Below, one piece after another: positions 13,104 through 25,872 of a DNA stretch of 64,000 bases. The position numbers and the translations under genes were made by a program. Source of the DNA: Squalus acanthias (lineage: Eukaryota); contig CM059431.1 of assembly GCA_030390025.1 (NCBI GenBank), positions 127,288,001 through 127,352,000 of the forward strand. The letters are read 5' to 3'. The notes below the pieces were generated by a model. It was not told where the DNA came from. It saw nothing but the letters and a program-made list of their open reading frames with translations, and did no database searches. Every line of letters starts with the position of its first letter. The first letter of the stretch is position 1.

Positions 13104-15639
13104 TTAAAAGATTCTCCAGATCTCTCTTTTACTCATATCCATCTTGTGGATAATTCTTACTAAACATGATTTCTCCTTAGCCCTCAATTGTCCCAATTCA
13201 GATTCCAGGTAACTCTCCACTTCAACTTCAATTTCAATCCTTCCAACAGGTACCAGTGTGTTTAACTCTATTCTGATTGTTTCATTAATTAGATAGTTTA
13301 TCGATGGAGTATGTGTCAATGCTTTAAAAGTTGTCTCGCTCTCCTGAACCACATTAACCATTTCATGTCTTGCTGTTGTCAAGTAACTGAGCATGTCTGA
13401 GACCCGTTCTTCAGTGCAGATTCACCATACATTCCCAGATGGTAATCGCTTCATACGTAACAAATCACATTTGCACACTCATACCGGTATCTCAATATCA
13501 TGCCACATGTGCCTTTCTCGGGCTTTCAGGTATCTTATCAAAAGATTGTCTTTGTTCATCTTCCTCTGCATGGTCCCGATATCTTGGATAGTGGCCAGGC
13601 TATCAAATTCAGTTTTCTTAAAAGTTCATTATAGGCAGGGACACAAATGTCTCCAAGAGAAAGCTATCAATTTACTATTCTTAACTGCACTTTCCTGACT
13701 TTCACTAGCAAGTTTTTAAAATTCCCATTCAGCAGTGTAATTTCTCCTGTTTCAATTTTATACATCCCATTAATTACCATTCATATCTCATTCATGAGCC
13801 CTGGAGTAACTTTACTGTCCAGTACAATATTTAAGATTGAAAACATAGATCAAACATTCTCACTAGGTCCAAGTTACTAACACTTTTTATTTATCATTAT
13901 TTTAGAGGATCTTTTATTTTCCCAAAAGTAACCCAATATATATATAGTGCCTGAGTCTATTTTGTTATTACAAAATTATCCCAAAATCCAAACAGCAGTA
14001 CTGTTGAACTGATTGACAAAACCTATGTTCAATTTCATTTCTATCAATTTATCTTCCATTTCCAATTTCAGAAACAAATGATTTCCAGGCTAGGTGGTTT
14101 ATACAGTGTTTTAACATTAGAGACAGAAGTGCTGCAATTAGTTTACAAGGTAACTTCCATATAACAAAAGAAAGAAGAGAATCCATTGTGACTCTGCTTA
14201 GAGCCCAAGGGGTTAATTTATCAAATCATAATTTTCCTTCTGTCACTGTGGGGAAATATTAACTTAAAATTAATAATGTCCAATATCTTTAAATGTCATA
14301 CTGAAGTTATTGCTTGATGAACTTAATCAGCTGTCAGTGGAAAGGGTTAACTCCTTTGCAGGTTTTTTAAGAAGGTGGAGCGAAACATTATCAGGCGCAC
14401 GCAATTGCGTCACTTCACGTAAATTTAAAAAAAACTTTCCCGATCCAAAAAAGCAGTTGTGTTTTCACACTTTAACTGAACACGAACAGAACAGATAAAA
14501 CAAAACAGACTAGCACATGCTTGCAGAACTAATAAATTACATCATATTTCTTATTGTCCTTTCTTCAGATGTCTTTCCAAAATACTGTAAAAACATTGAA
14601 TTTAAACAAATCAAATCAGAGTGCTTTGGAAGATTTCACCATAGCAACCGCAACTCCAAGGTTAAATCTTAGACCGAAACTTAATTTTTTGTTAAACAAA
14701 CTTTTTTTTGTTGTTCTTCTCAGTTTTTACACACCAGCTTAACTTAAATTGTAATTCAAATTAGTTTTTTTTTTTCTCTGGCACAATGCTTTCCCTGCAA
14801 AGTCTGATATAAAATTCCTGTCTATCCCTGACAGTAAAGGCGAATTTCCTTGTGATTCCTCTGCCAATGGTATGGACCAGAACCCGTTCTGTATCCAAGA
14901 CTGTAAATATTTCAAAATCTGGTTTCAGACCATTAAATATCTTATTCAATGTGGTCTACACAAATTTACACCAACCAGAATTTCACCGTGCACGATGAAA
15001 GTCTGGTTTTTAATAGGTTAATTAACCTCAATAATTCCAATTCAATCCAGATCAATTTTTTTTTTAAAAACCAGTGTCAGTTGGAAAAGAAAGAACCCAT
15101 CATCACATTAACAAAGAAACAATTACCATGCCTTGCAAACATTCAAATTAATTGTCATTTTCTTTCCAGGCACATTGGCAACTGTGACTTCAAGGCTGAA
15201 GCTTATACCTCTTTTGTAAAACAATTAACAAACTTAAAACAACACACTTGTCTGTCATTCAAGACAGGTCTTCAAAGAGTTAAAAACAGCTTTTAGCTCT
15301 CTGTACAAAAGAGTGGGTGGAGCTAAAACATAAACAAAATGACAGACACCTTTTTTTTTAGGCAGATTTTTTTTTTTCCAGGGACAAAATAATACTGTAA
15401 CTTAACAAACTTAAACATTCACACAATCAGGAATTTTTCACACTTTTCACACAACTGAGATCCCAGTATTCCTTTTAAGATTCCTTTCACTCAACAAATC
15501 TTGTATATTAGCTTTTTATCTCGGCACAGACATTAATAACCTCCATGCCGGTAAAACTTTTCTCAGCAGCTTTTCCTGGCTTTCCAAATCCCTTCTTTTT
15601 TTTTTTGCTTTGAGTTTCAGATTTCAATTCTGGTCCGTC

Positions 15640-15960
15640 GGTGTTGCGGAAGCTGCTTGCTCCATTAAGAGGGAAACTTTATTCTTTTGGTCCCTATTTG
15701 TCTAACTTCATTTTGTTTAGCCAATTTACTCACAGGGTCTTTTCTCTTATTTTTAATGTCAGATCTACTGGCTTGTATACTACGGTCCTTACGCCTTTCT
15801 GCTTCCTTTTTCCAGTCTGAAAAGGCTGACCAATTTATTGACTTTTTACCTCTTCATTGTGGGTCTCTATTTGTGAGACAGTCCTCTAGACATGTAATTC
15901 TTCTATTCTTAGTAAAGTTTTAATTATACTAGGCACTCTTCTTCCGGATTGCAAATTTCA
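15640..15960 (-). pseudogene. gag: Probable gag N-terminal (matrix-like) remnant
   Basis: CLEDCLTNRDPQ*RGKKSINWSAFSDWKKEAERRKD, about 700 nt after the PBS; assigned by position and recalled resemblance only. Confidence 0.45.
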
Positions 15961-16625
15961 CCCTTTACCCCTTTACGATTATTATTAACCCTTCGGAGCT
16001 CCACAAGTGACAAACAATAACAAGAATTAACAACAATAAAGACAATGATAAGTAATGCAAAAGCCCAAACAGGCAAACAAATCAAGTAATCAGACATTAA
16101 TCTTATACTTTAAACTAAACAAATAGTCAATTCTCAGCCTGCGTTGAACGCCACTACAAACTGAGTCCTTAACATTTAACTTATGCTTTATACGTAACTT
16201 ATATTCTAAGTGAAGGCTTCTCTCTAAACCTTTCTGCCGCGAGACTCTTTTCTCCGGCTCAAGGGACCCAGCCTTGATACTGCAGTTTTAACCTTTTAGC
16301 GCTTTTTCACAACCTGGTACCTTTAGTCCGGGACGCAACCCTGCCAACTCTCTTTCTTGCCTTCTTTGCCCGATAGTTTTGAGACTTGAGCCGTCAGAAT
16401 TCTTCTCCTTCTAACGTTAAAATAAAAGAAGCAAAAGTTACAAGATTCAACTCAATTCTAAAACAGGATCATCGCAGTGCTTCTGTTGGAAGAAACAGAC
16501 TTACACCAATTCAGTATCTAGTGAGAAATCCTTTTAGGTGATAAAACATCACTTTGGCCATTTAGGATTTGTCACTAGAAATTCATAGTGTCCTTTGTCC
16601 GTGACTTACCGAGAGGTAGCAAGCG

Positions 16626-16643
16626 ATCTCGGTGGAACCTCCA
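16626..16643 (-). promoter_or_regulatory. Primer binding site, tRNA-Gln
   Basis: TGGAGGTTCCACCGAGAT, complementary to the tRNA-Gln 3' end; a donor-like CG|GTAAGT follows at about 16611-16604. Confidence 0.93.
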
Positions 16644-16649
16644 AGAAAC

Positions 16650-17209
16650 TGTTGAAGTTTTACATGCCGAGTAGAACACATAGAATCGTGTCAAAGAAGG
16701 CTTTTTAATAAAGTTTACTTGTTACAAGGGAAGGTTCTGACACAGTCAAGTTGCTATGTCAGAATGCTTCGAATCTTACAAGATTTGAACATACTTTATA
16801 CAAAAAGAACACAGAACAGGCCATATGACATAGCATTAAACATCCTATTTAATGAGGCACAAACTTGTGAGTTATTGCATAGGTTTTCGTTATAATAACG
16901 AGCAGAAATTCCTTAAAGATCAGATAACCAGACCTTCCTTGTGGGATCCCTTTGTTCAATGTTCATCTCTAATCTGTGGGTTGATGGCTTACCTTATCTC
17001 ATCCTGAGCTGGTTAGAACTAATTGATGCCTTATTTTGCTAAGCTTTTCTTAGATAAGGAATTCTGAGTTGTCCCATCCTTGTAGCTAATTAGAATGATT
17101 TACTTATTATGGTGACTTCTACTGTTGGCCATTTTGAATTCCCTTTTTTAAATTATTTTCTCAGAGAAGCCATTTTGTTTGTGTCTTAAAAGTAAACTGC
17201 ACTTCCACA
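16650..17209 (-). repeat. ERV 5' LTR (560 bp)
   Basis: Direct repeat of 9027-9587, next to the PBS. Confidence 0.97.
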
Positions 17210-18489
17210 CTACTCCTTGGAAGATAAGAGTCTAAATGACATAGAGGAGCAAAGGATACATGTTCACAAATAATTATAAGTAGCAACGCAGGTTAACAAT
17301 GCCACAGTATGTGGGACCGAAACTCCGCCCCCCCTCCACCCTACCCCCAGCTTTCCTCCGCTTATGAAACCCGCCCCTGTCAAAATTGGGGCCATTACGA
17401 TAAACTTTTATAGAAACTTGGCTAGACTACACTTAGAGAGCTGTGCACTGTTCTGGTCTCCATATTGCAAAAATGATACAGAAGCACTGGAGATAGTGGA
17501 AAAAAAGATTTACAAGGATGATACCAGAACTGAGGGGGTACAACTATCGGGAAAGACTGAACTGGTTGGGCTCTTTGGTCTTTTCCCTAGAAAAGTGAAG
17601 ACTGAGAGATGAGCTGATAGAGGTCTTTAAATTTATGAAGAGCAGGGTAGACGGAGAGAAGATGTTTCCACTTGTGGGGGAGTCCAAAACTAGGGGCCAT
17701 AAATATAAGATAGTCACTAATAAATCCAATAAGGAATTAGGAGAAATGTGGTTAGAATGTGGAACTTGCTACCATGTGAAGTAGTTGAGGCGAGTAGCAT
17801 ATATGCATTTAAGGGGAAGCTAGATAAGTAGATGAGGGAGAAGGAATAGAAGGTTATGCTGATAGGGGGAAATGAAGTAGGGTGGGAGGAGGCTTGTGTG
17901 GAGCATAAACACTGGCATAGACCTGTTCGGCTGAGTGGTCTGTTTCTGTGCCGTAAAATTCTATGTAAGACATTGAACCGCCTGATATGAGATGAAGCTT
18001 GAATTTTATGGGGCTGACATTCCATAGGAGTAATTCCAATTTCCTACCATTATTCCGATGGGAGACCAGTGGACCTATATGGAAAATGGCATCTGTTTTC
18101 TTTGAATTTCTAACTTGCCTATTAAAGAGGCAGACCCTCCACTCACCCCTTACAAGGAAACTGTCGTTGGGGCCAATTCCAGGGGATTTCCCACTCCATT
18201 GGTTCAGTCAGGACCCGTCATATCTCTGGAGGCTGGTATGTGAAGTGAGGTGAGGTGGACCAGAAAAAGTGGGCTCCATCAGTGGGGTCCAGACCAGGAA
18301 AAAATCCTGAACCCCAACAGAAATGGTAGAATTTTTTTTTAGAAGAACGGATTAGCCTCCCATTCATGGCGGGGACGGGGGGGGGGCGGTGGTGGGTGGT
18401 ACAAGGAGGATGTGGCAGGTGAGTGCCAGAGTCATGTGCTGGAAGACACCGGTGTGTATGGTCCTGGTGTAACCAGGACTATACACACC

Positions 18490-20930
18490 AGTGTAGAACA
18501 CCACTTGGAAGAAGCACTGAGAGTCGCAAGGGCACAGAATGTACTCTGGGTGGGGGATTTCAATATCCATCACCAAGAGTGGCTCGGTAGCACCACTACT
18601 GCCCGAGCTGACCAAGTCCTGAAGTACATAGCTGCCAGACTGGGCCTGCGGCAGGTGGTGAGAGAACCAACACAAGAGAAAAACCTACTTGATCTCATCC
18701 TCACCAATCTACCTGTCCCAGATGCATCTGTCCATGACAGTATTGGTAGGAGTGACCACGGCACAGTCCTTGTGGAGTCTTCACACTCAGGACACCCTCC
18801 ATCGTGTTGTGTGGCACTACCACCATGTTAAATGGGATAGATTCAGAACAGATCTAGCGGCGCAAAACTGGGCATCCATGAGGCGTCGTGGGCCATCAGC
18901 AGAATTGTATTCCACCACAATCTGTAACCTCATGGCCCAGCATATCCCTCACCATACCATTACCAACAAGCCAAGGGACAAACCCTGGTTTAATGAGGAG
19001 TGTAGAAGAGCATGCCAGGAGCAACACCTGGGGAAGTTGCAACACAGGACTACATGCATGCTAAATAACGGAAGCAGCATGCTACAGACAGAGCTAAGCA
19101 ATCCTAAAATCAACGGATCAGTTCAAAGCTCTGCAGTCCTGCCACATCCAGTCGTGAATGGTGGTGGACAATTAAACAACTAACGGGAGGATGAGACTCC
19201 ATGAGTATCCCCATCCTCAATGATGGTGGAGCCCAGCACGTGTGTGCAAAAGACAAGGCTGAAGCGTTTGCAACCATCTTCAGCCAGAAGTGTCGAGTGG
19301 ATGATCCATATCGACCTCCTCCTGAGGTCCCCACCATCACAGAAGCCAATTTTCAGCCAATTCGATTCACTCCACGTGATATCAAGAAACGGCTGAGCGC
19401 AATGGATACAGCAAAGGCTATGGGCCCCGACAACATCCAGGCAATAGTGCTGCAGACTTGTGCTCCAGAACTAGCCGCACCTCTAGCCAAGCTGTTCCAG
19501 TACAGCTACAACACTGGCATCTACCCGACAATGTGGAAAACTGCCCAACCAATTCGGCCAATTACTGCCCCATCAGTCTACTCTCAATCATCAGCAAAGT
19601 GATGGAAGGTATCGTTGACAGTGCAATCAAGTGGCACTTACTCACCAATAACCTGCTCAATGATGCTCAGTTTGGGTTCCGCCAGGACCACTCAGCTCCA
19701 AACCTCATTACAGCTTTTCTCCATAAATGGACAAAAGAGCTGCATTCCAGAGGTGAGGTGAGAGTGACTGCCCTTGACATCAATGCAGCATTTGACCGAG
19801 TGTGGCATCAAGGAGCCCTAGTAAAAATTGAAGTCAATGGGAATCAGAGGGAAAACTCCCCACTGGCTGGAGTCATACCTAACACAAAGGAAGATGGTTG
19901 TGTTGTTGGAAGTCAATCATCACAGCCCCAGGACATCGCTGCAGGATTTCCTCAGGCAATGTCCTAGGCCCAACCATCTTCAGCTGCTTCATCAATGACC
20001 TTCCCTCCATCATAAGGTCAGAAGTGGGAATGTTCGCTGATGATTGCACAGTGTTCAGTTCCATTCGCAACTCCTCAGAAAATGAAGCAGTCCATGCCCG
20101 CATGCAGCAACACCTGGATAACATTCAGGCTTGGGCTGATAAGTGGCAAGTAACATTCGTGCCACACAAATGCCAGGCAATGATTATCTCCAAAAAGCGA
20201 GAGTCTAACCACCTCCCCTTGATATTCAATGGCATTACCATCACCAAATCCACCACCATTAACATCCTGGGGGGTCAACATTGACCAGAAACTTAACTGG
20301 ACCAGCCCCATAAATACTGTGGCAACAAGAGCAGGCTGGTGTTCTGCGGCGAGTGTCTCGCCTCCTGAGTCCCCAAAGCCTTTCCACCATCTACAAGGCA
20401 GAAGTCAGGAGTGTGATGGAATACTCTCCACTTTCCTGGATGAGTGCAGCTCCAACAACACTCAAGAAGCTCGACACCATCCAGGACAAAGCAGCCCGCC
20501 TGATTGACACCCCATGCATCACCTTAAACATTCACTCGCTCCACCACCTACGCACTGTGGCATGCAGTGTGTACTATCTACAAGATGCACTGCAGCAACT
20601 CGCCAAGGCTTCTTCGGCAGCACCTCCCTAACCCGTGACCTCTACCACCTAGAAGGACAAGGGCAGCAAACGCATGGGAATACCATTACCTGCAAGTTCC
20701 TCTCTAAGTCACACACCACTCTGACTTGGAAATATATTGCCATTCCTTCATCATGGTTTGGTCAAAATCCTGGCACTCCCTCCCTAACAGCACTGTGGGA
20801 GTATCTTCACCACAAGGACTGCAGCGGTTCAAGAAGGCGGCTCACCACCACCTTCTGAAGGGCAATTAGGGATGGGCAATAAATGCTGGCCTTGCCAGCG
20901 ATGCCCACATCCTGGAACAAATTAAAAAAA
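18490..20930 (+). mobile_element. CR1-group (Zenon-like) LINE ORF2, 5'-truncated and frameshifted
   Basis: VGDFN, LDLILTN, SDH, KAMGPDNI, ISLLSIISKVME, QFGFR, ALDINAAFDRVWH, FADD, RSVMEYSP; A-rich tail near 20925. Confidence 0.92.
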
Positions 20931-21109
20931 CTGCCAGATTTTGTGTCTTAAAGAAATTTGGGGCTAGCTGTATTTTTTGGGATAGACTAGTTGCAGAAGA
21001 TAACAGGCTTCTGAAACTTTTAGATTTGACTGTAAAATGAGACCTGTTAAACTCCAATGATGTGTTCCTTAGCAACAGACTTCCAATCTTATCAATGAGA
21101 TGTTCATAT

Positions 21110-21372
21110 CAGCTTGGCTCAGTGGAAGCACTCTCGTCTCTGAGTCCAGAACTTGAGTATATAGTGTAGAACAATACTTCAGTCCAATACTGAGGGAGTG
21201 CTGCATTGTCAGGGGTCTTGTCTTTTTGTTAAATCAAGGCTATGAAAATGAACATAAAATGTTCCAGTGCATTATTTGAAGAAGAGCAGGAGATATTTAT
21301 AACCCCACCAAAACAGATTAACTGGTCACTTATCTTATCTGCTGTTTATGAAATCTTGCTGTGCGCAAATTG
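21110..21372 (+). mobile_element. Deu-domain SINE (SacSINE1-like)
   Basis: ttggctcagtg head, tactgagggagtgctgcattgtc, tatttgaagaagagcagg, cttgctgtgcgcaaatt. Confidence 0.75.
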
Positions 21373-22605
21373 AATGTTCTGCATTTAACTGCGTACTCTT
21401 TCTTCTTAGTTCACCTGGATCTGGATGGTTCCAGGAGTCCTCTGAACCTTTTAAATGTCCAATATGGAATCTAATATCTATCTAGAAATCAAAATACACA
21501 GAACAAATGTTTTGCAGTGTTTACCACCAAAATTCACTAAGATTTCACTGCAAAGTAATAATATAAATTGCCACCAGGAAAATGGAGTTCTCTACAAAAT
21601 GTGTAGTAATTGGAATGTTTGAGGTCTGCATGAACACCTTGATTTTTCTATTGTGTCTCCTACAAGTTCCAATGAGATAATGCTTGCTACTTTAGTAGGT
21701 TTAATGAACTTGGGGCCAAAATGCCTCAGAATGGTGGTCAAGCTTCGGGTGGGGCAGTTGCAGAAAATATCCCAATTATTTCTAACAGATGTCTTTATTT
21801 TGCTCCAACAATTTCTTTGTTATTTGTTTTTCTGCCTTTGACAGCTAGTCTTTCAAGTCATTTATGTTGTATCTTAAACATCTCCTGCTTTGACATTTCT
21901 AAAAATATAAAACACTAGACTAGGCACAATGATTGTTCTGGGCAATTAGTTCTCCTTGCCACAGAATTTATTTATTAAAGCTTGCCATACAACTTTACTC
22001 TTTCTTCGTCTGAAAGTCCAATGGGCATAAATAGCCGCAATAAAAAGAGGATAATAAATGGGTACCCATTTGAAACTAATTAAAACACATCAATTTGAAA
22101 TCTCTTTTTATGCAGCTTTTATTTGTGACTGAAATTTAACTGTCGACTGTTTTTCAGTGGTGAGCTTGCATTACTGCACAAAGCATATGCAAATTGGTAT
22201 TTCTCAATTTTACAGAAGTCTCTTATAAACCTGTTGAAAACCATTTGGACTAGAAATTCATTATAGCCCAGGAATGGGCTGTATAATTAGAAAAGTTGGA
22301 GAATTAGCACCAGGCGCTAATGCTTTAGACTGCACGTAAAATTTGTGCCCACTGCTCAAAGAAATGATTGGAGTCCTAATTCAAGTCATGAAGCCCAAGC
22401 TCATTGGCGTTACATTCAAAGGGTGGGCCAATCTCAGGTGCAGTCTAATCACAAGTGATGATTGCCACAGGCTTTTTCCAGTTCTTAAAAGGGAGGTTCA
22501 TTGATGCTGCAGAATCTCATTCTCAGCATTGCTGGCTGTGCCGCTGCCTCAGCAAGCAGCAGCAGGTCAAGGAGAAGGAGCCGGACGACTGAAGTAGCTT
22601 CACTC

Positions 22606-24500
22606 ATGGCAGATCCATGCCCCAGGGAGAGAGCCCGCAGATTCTACGGTCAAGCATTAGAGGCGTTGGTGTTCGCTGTGGAGAGACGGAGGGCGGTGCG
22701 CTACCTGGCAAGTGGCAGGACGCCCTCGCCGCAAGTCTTCCATGCCACATGGAGGGAGATAACACAGCACGTCTTGGGCAGCACTGTGGTCCCCAGGATC
22801 CACACACAGTGCAGGAAGAAATTTAACAACCTCACTCAGGTGGTTAGTGTGAGTGAATGCTTCTACAAATGCTACACACCACCATCTGAACCACAGTCTT
22901 CACACACTGTCCAAAGTACCACATCCCCAGCACTCACCCACCAACAATCTCTACCTACCAACACTCACACCCACACTCACACCTTGCACACAATGACAGG
23001 TATTCAACTATGGCAGGCACACCACGCAAACACATTGCTCCACACTTACTCACACACTTTCCTTTCACTTGCAGGCCAAGCTAGCTCACAACCGGAGAGA
23101 GCAGGAGCGCACAGGCGGGGCCAAGCCAACACCCAACCACTGTCTGCGCTGGAGAATAGAGTGCTGCAGATTATTTGGGGCCAGGTGGTGGGCGCCGTGG
23201 CCAACGGCGACGTTGACCCCCTTGGGGACAACAACAGTATGTTCATCCCTACTCCTTCTTCTTACATCCCACTTCCCCCTCACCCCACAAGCGTTTTGCA
23301 CTTTCCAGCTAATCATGCTGTATGCATGCATTTCTCCCTTCCTGCCCCCCTCCCCTCACCTTAACCCAACTCTTGTGCCTTTATGCTTTGAGATAATCAG
23401 CAAGCACTGGAACAGCCTGTCCCTGAGGGCACCATAGAGAGCGAGGCAGGAGAAGAGGAGGAGGAAGAACACACTGTGTCACTGCATGTCTCACCTGCAG
23501 GCACCAGCTCAGATACTGGCACTATGTGTTCTTTAGAGGCTAGTATAGTAGCGGGATCTGCACAGGATGAGGCACCGGGGATGAGTGGGCTGCAGCAAGG
23601 CCAGGGCGAAAGGGTAGCTTGGGGGCCAGCTCCCTGGAGGGCAAGTTCACGCGTGAGTCCTGCTGCACAGGACTCAGATGAGGACCTCGATGGGGAGGCA
23701 TTTAGGAGAAGGGTGATGGGTATGCACAAGGAGATGATAGGTGCAATGGCAAGGGTGCCCAAGAGCCTCTCGGCAATGATAAGGAGCATGGAGGAGTCCT
23801 CCTCCAACATTGCACAAGGCTCTGCGCACACCACGGAGCCCATCATTTCCAGTCTGCAAAGGATGGTAGACTTCCCGAGAGTCCGTGGCGACCCAGACCT
23901 GATGCCACGTGTGATGGGCGATCTGGCAGCTTCCATTGCAGCACAGGCGGAAGCGACACAACGTCTTAGTGCTGTAATGCAGTCTATGCTTGGTGGCATC
24001 CAATCTCAGACTGCTCTCATGCAGTCTCAGCTTGATGCCACGCAAGCTCTGACTGCAGCCATCACGGCTGGGTCTACCACTGTTGACTGGGGCTTTCATG
24101 GTGTCTCAGCAGGCCAGCAATCTGTGCTCCAACAGATTGCTAGGGATGCTGAGGTGCTGCCCCCGGGGAGTGGCAGTGGGTCAGTGGAGCAGGAGCCTGC
24201 TGTCCTCTCTCAGGATGACTGTATTTCTGCTCCCACCACTGCCACTCTGCCATTGTCTTTGTCGCTGCCTGTCATCCAGCTGCCCAGACTGCTGCCGCCC
24301 ATGCTGAGTTGGTGCAGTCTACAGCCGGGCCTTCCAGGTCCAGAGCTGGTTGAGGGTGTCCTGCAAGGCCATCTCAAGTCTCCCGCACGGACACTCAGCA
24401 GCCTTCCACCAGCCGTGCTGTAGCCACTGGGCCAACACTTCTTGGAGCACTAGAGTAGGCAAAGGCACCGTGATGAGAGGCATGAAGGAATTGCACAAGT
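22606..24500 (+). pseudogene. Harbinger Myb/SANT-like DNA-binding gene, 3 exons (22606-22848, 23075-about 23237, about 23393-24500), frameshifted
   Basis: RERARRF...LEALV..VERRR...WREI...RIHTQCRKKFNNL; GTGAGT donor at 22849, ttgcag acceptor at 23074; frameshifts near 23120 and near the 3' end. Confidence 0.85.
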
Positions 24501-24673
24501 GTGAATAGTTAATATTTTTTGTTGTAAATATGTGTTCACTGATTATTGATAAATTTATTAATTCAGTTTGGATTCTTTTGTGGTGTCTCTCATTTCAGCT
24601 TTGCGCTGTGATATGGCCTGCGACAGGGATGGAATGATGGTGATGCGGTGAGCAACGGGGATCTGGGGTTTAA

Positions 24674-25872
24674 TTATTGGAACCGCATTCTGATGAGGCA
24701 GTCACGAACCGCCCTTCCGGACGGCCGATTGAATGGCTGCCTCCTCCCTCGCTCCTCCTCCTCCTTGACTTCCTCTTACTGCTCCTCCTCCTCCTCCTCC
24801 TCTTCCTCCTCTTCTCCCTCTTCCTCCTCCTGAGGTTGTCCCGCAATCCCTGATGGCACGGGCTGCACCTTCATGATGGCCAAGTTGTGGAGCATGCAGC
24901 AGATCACCACGAAATGGGACACCCGCTCAGCTGAGTACTGGAGGGCTCCTCCCGAGCGGTCAAGGTAGCGGAACCGTTGCTTGAGCACCCCGATGGTCTG
25001 CTCGATGATTTTCCTGGTGGTAGCATGGCTCTCATTACATGAGTGCTGAGCAGGAGTGTTGGGGTTGCGGAGGGGAGTCATGAGCCAGGTGGAGTGCGAA
25101 TAGCCCTTGTCTCCGACCAGCCAGCCGCGAGCTTGACATGGGGGCTGGGAGAGTGCTGGCACACTGGTCTTGCGCAGGATGAAGGCTTTGTGCCTGCTGC
25201 CAGGATAGCGGGCATTGACATTGAGGATTATCTGTCTGTGGTCCTACACCAACTACACATTAAGTGAGTGGTAGCCTTTGTGGTTACAGAAGATCTCAGG
25301 ATTGTTATGCAGTGCCCGCAAAGCCACGTGGGTGCAGTCAGTGACATCCTGCACCATCGGGAATCCCGCTATCCTGGCAAGCCACATGCACACTCGTCCT
25401 GCTTCTCTCTGGTGATGGGAAAGGAAATGTAGTCCCTTCTCCTACTGTAGAGAGCCTCTGTGACCTCTCGGATGCAGCAATGGACGGCAAACTGCGAGAT
25501 GTTAGCTATGTCTCCTGTTGCAGACTGGAAGGATCCACTGGTGAAGAAATTGAGGGTGATGGTGATCTTGACTGCCACTGAGAGAGCCGTGGTTACCCTG
25601 ATCTGAGGCTGGAGGTCTGGTTGCTGGAGGTGGCAGAGTTCTGTGACCACCTCCTTGGTGAAACGGAGCCTTGTAAAACACTGCTCCTTGCTGAATTGGA
25701 GGTAGGAGAAGTGCTCTCGGAATACCCTTGGTGGGTAAGGCCTCCTGTTAAGAGCCCTGTTGGCCCTTCTCCTCCCTCTGGCCACATGTTCCAGTTTTCG
25801 CCTCCGCCGTAGATCCTGGAGGGCGAGGTTGACTGCCAGTACAGCCCCCATTAATGTAACCAAGTGTAGCAC
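24674..25872 (-). pseudogene. Harbinger DDE transposase (HARBI1-like), full length but disabled
   Basis: LNFFTSGSFQ, AGFPMV..TDCTHV, KGYHSLNV, GDKGY...WLMTP, IIEQTIGVLKQRFR, CCMLHNLA; frameshift near 25380 and internal stops. Confidence 0.93.

Larger units (their letters stand above)
9027..17209 (-). mobile_element. Endogenous retrovirus (class I, gamma/epsilon-like), non-autonomous
   Basis: Paired LTRs, 4-bp TSD ctac (9023-9026 and 17210-17213), tRNA-Gln PBS, PPT, integrase and CWVC env remnants. Confidence 0.95.
8871..17970 (+). mobile_element. 5'-truncated CR1 split by the ERV (8871-9026 and 17214-17970)
   Basis: HFGRRNRQATY|SLEDKSLN is continuous across the ERV; LESCALFWSP, FPLVGESKTRGH and the CR1 3' UTR follow. 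Confidence 0.85.

Noticed and set aside
16626..16643. tRNA-Gln gene on the plus strand
   Set aside because: Only the 18-nt 3' end with CCA is present, next to an LTR; it is a PBS.
22501..23364. 287-aa single-exon protein
   Set aside because: Read-through of Myb exon 1 into a CA-rich intron and a frameshifted exon 2.
23397..24099. Antisense ORFs over Harbinger exon 3 (also about 37480-37810 and 48990-49780)
   Set aside because: Shadow ORFs of GC-rich, low-complexity coding sequence.
24674..25872. Host HARBI1 gene
   Set aside because: It has stops and a frameshift, is paired with a Myb gene, and has several related copies nearby.
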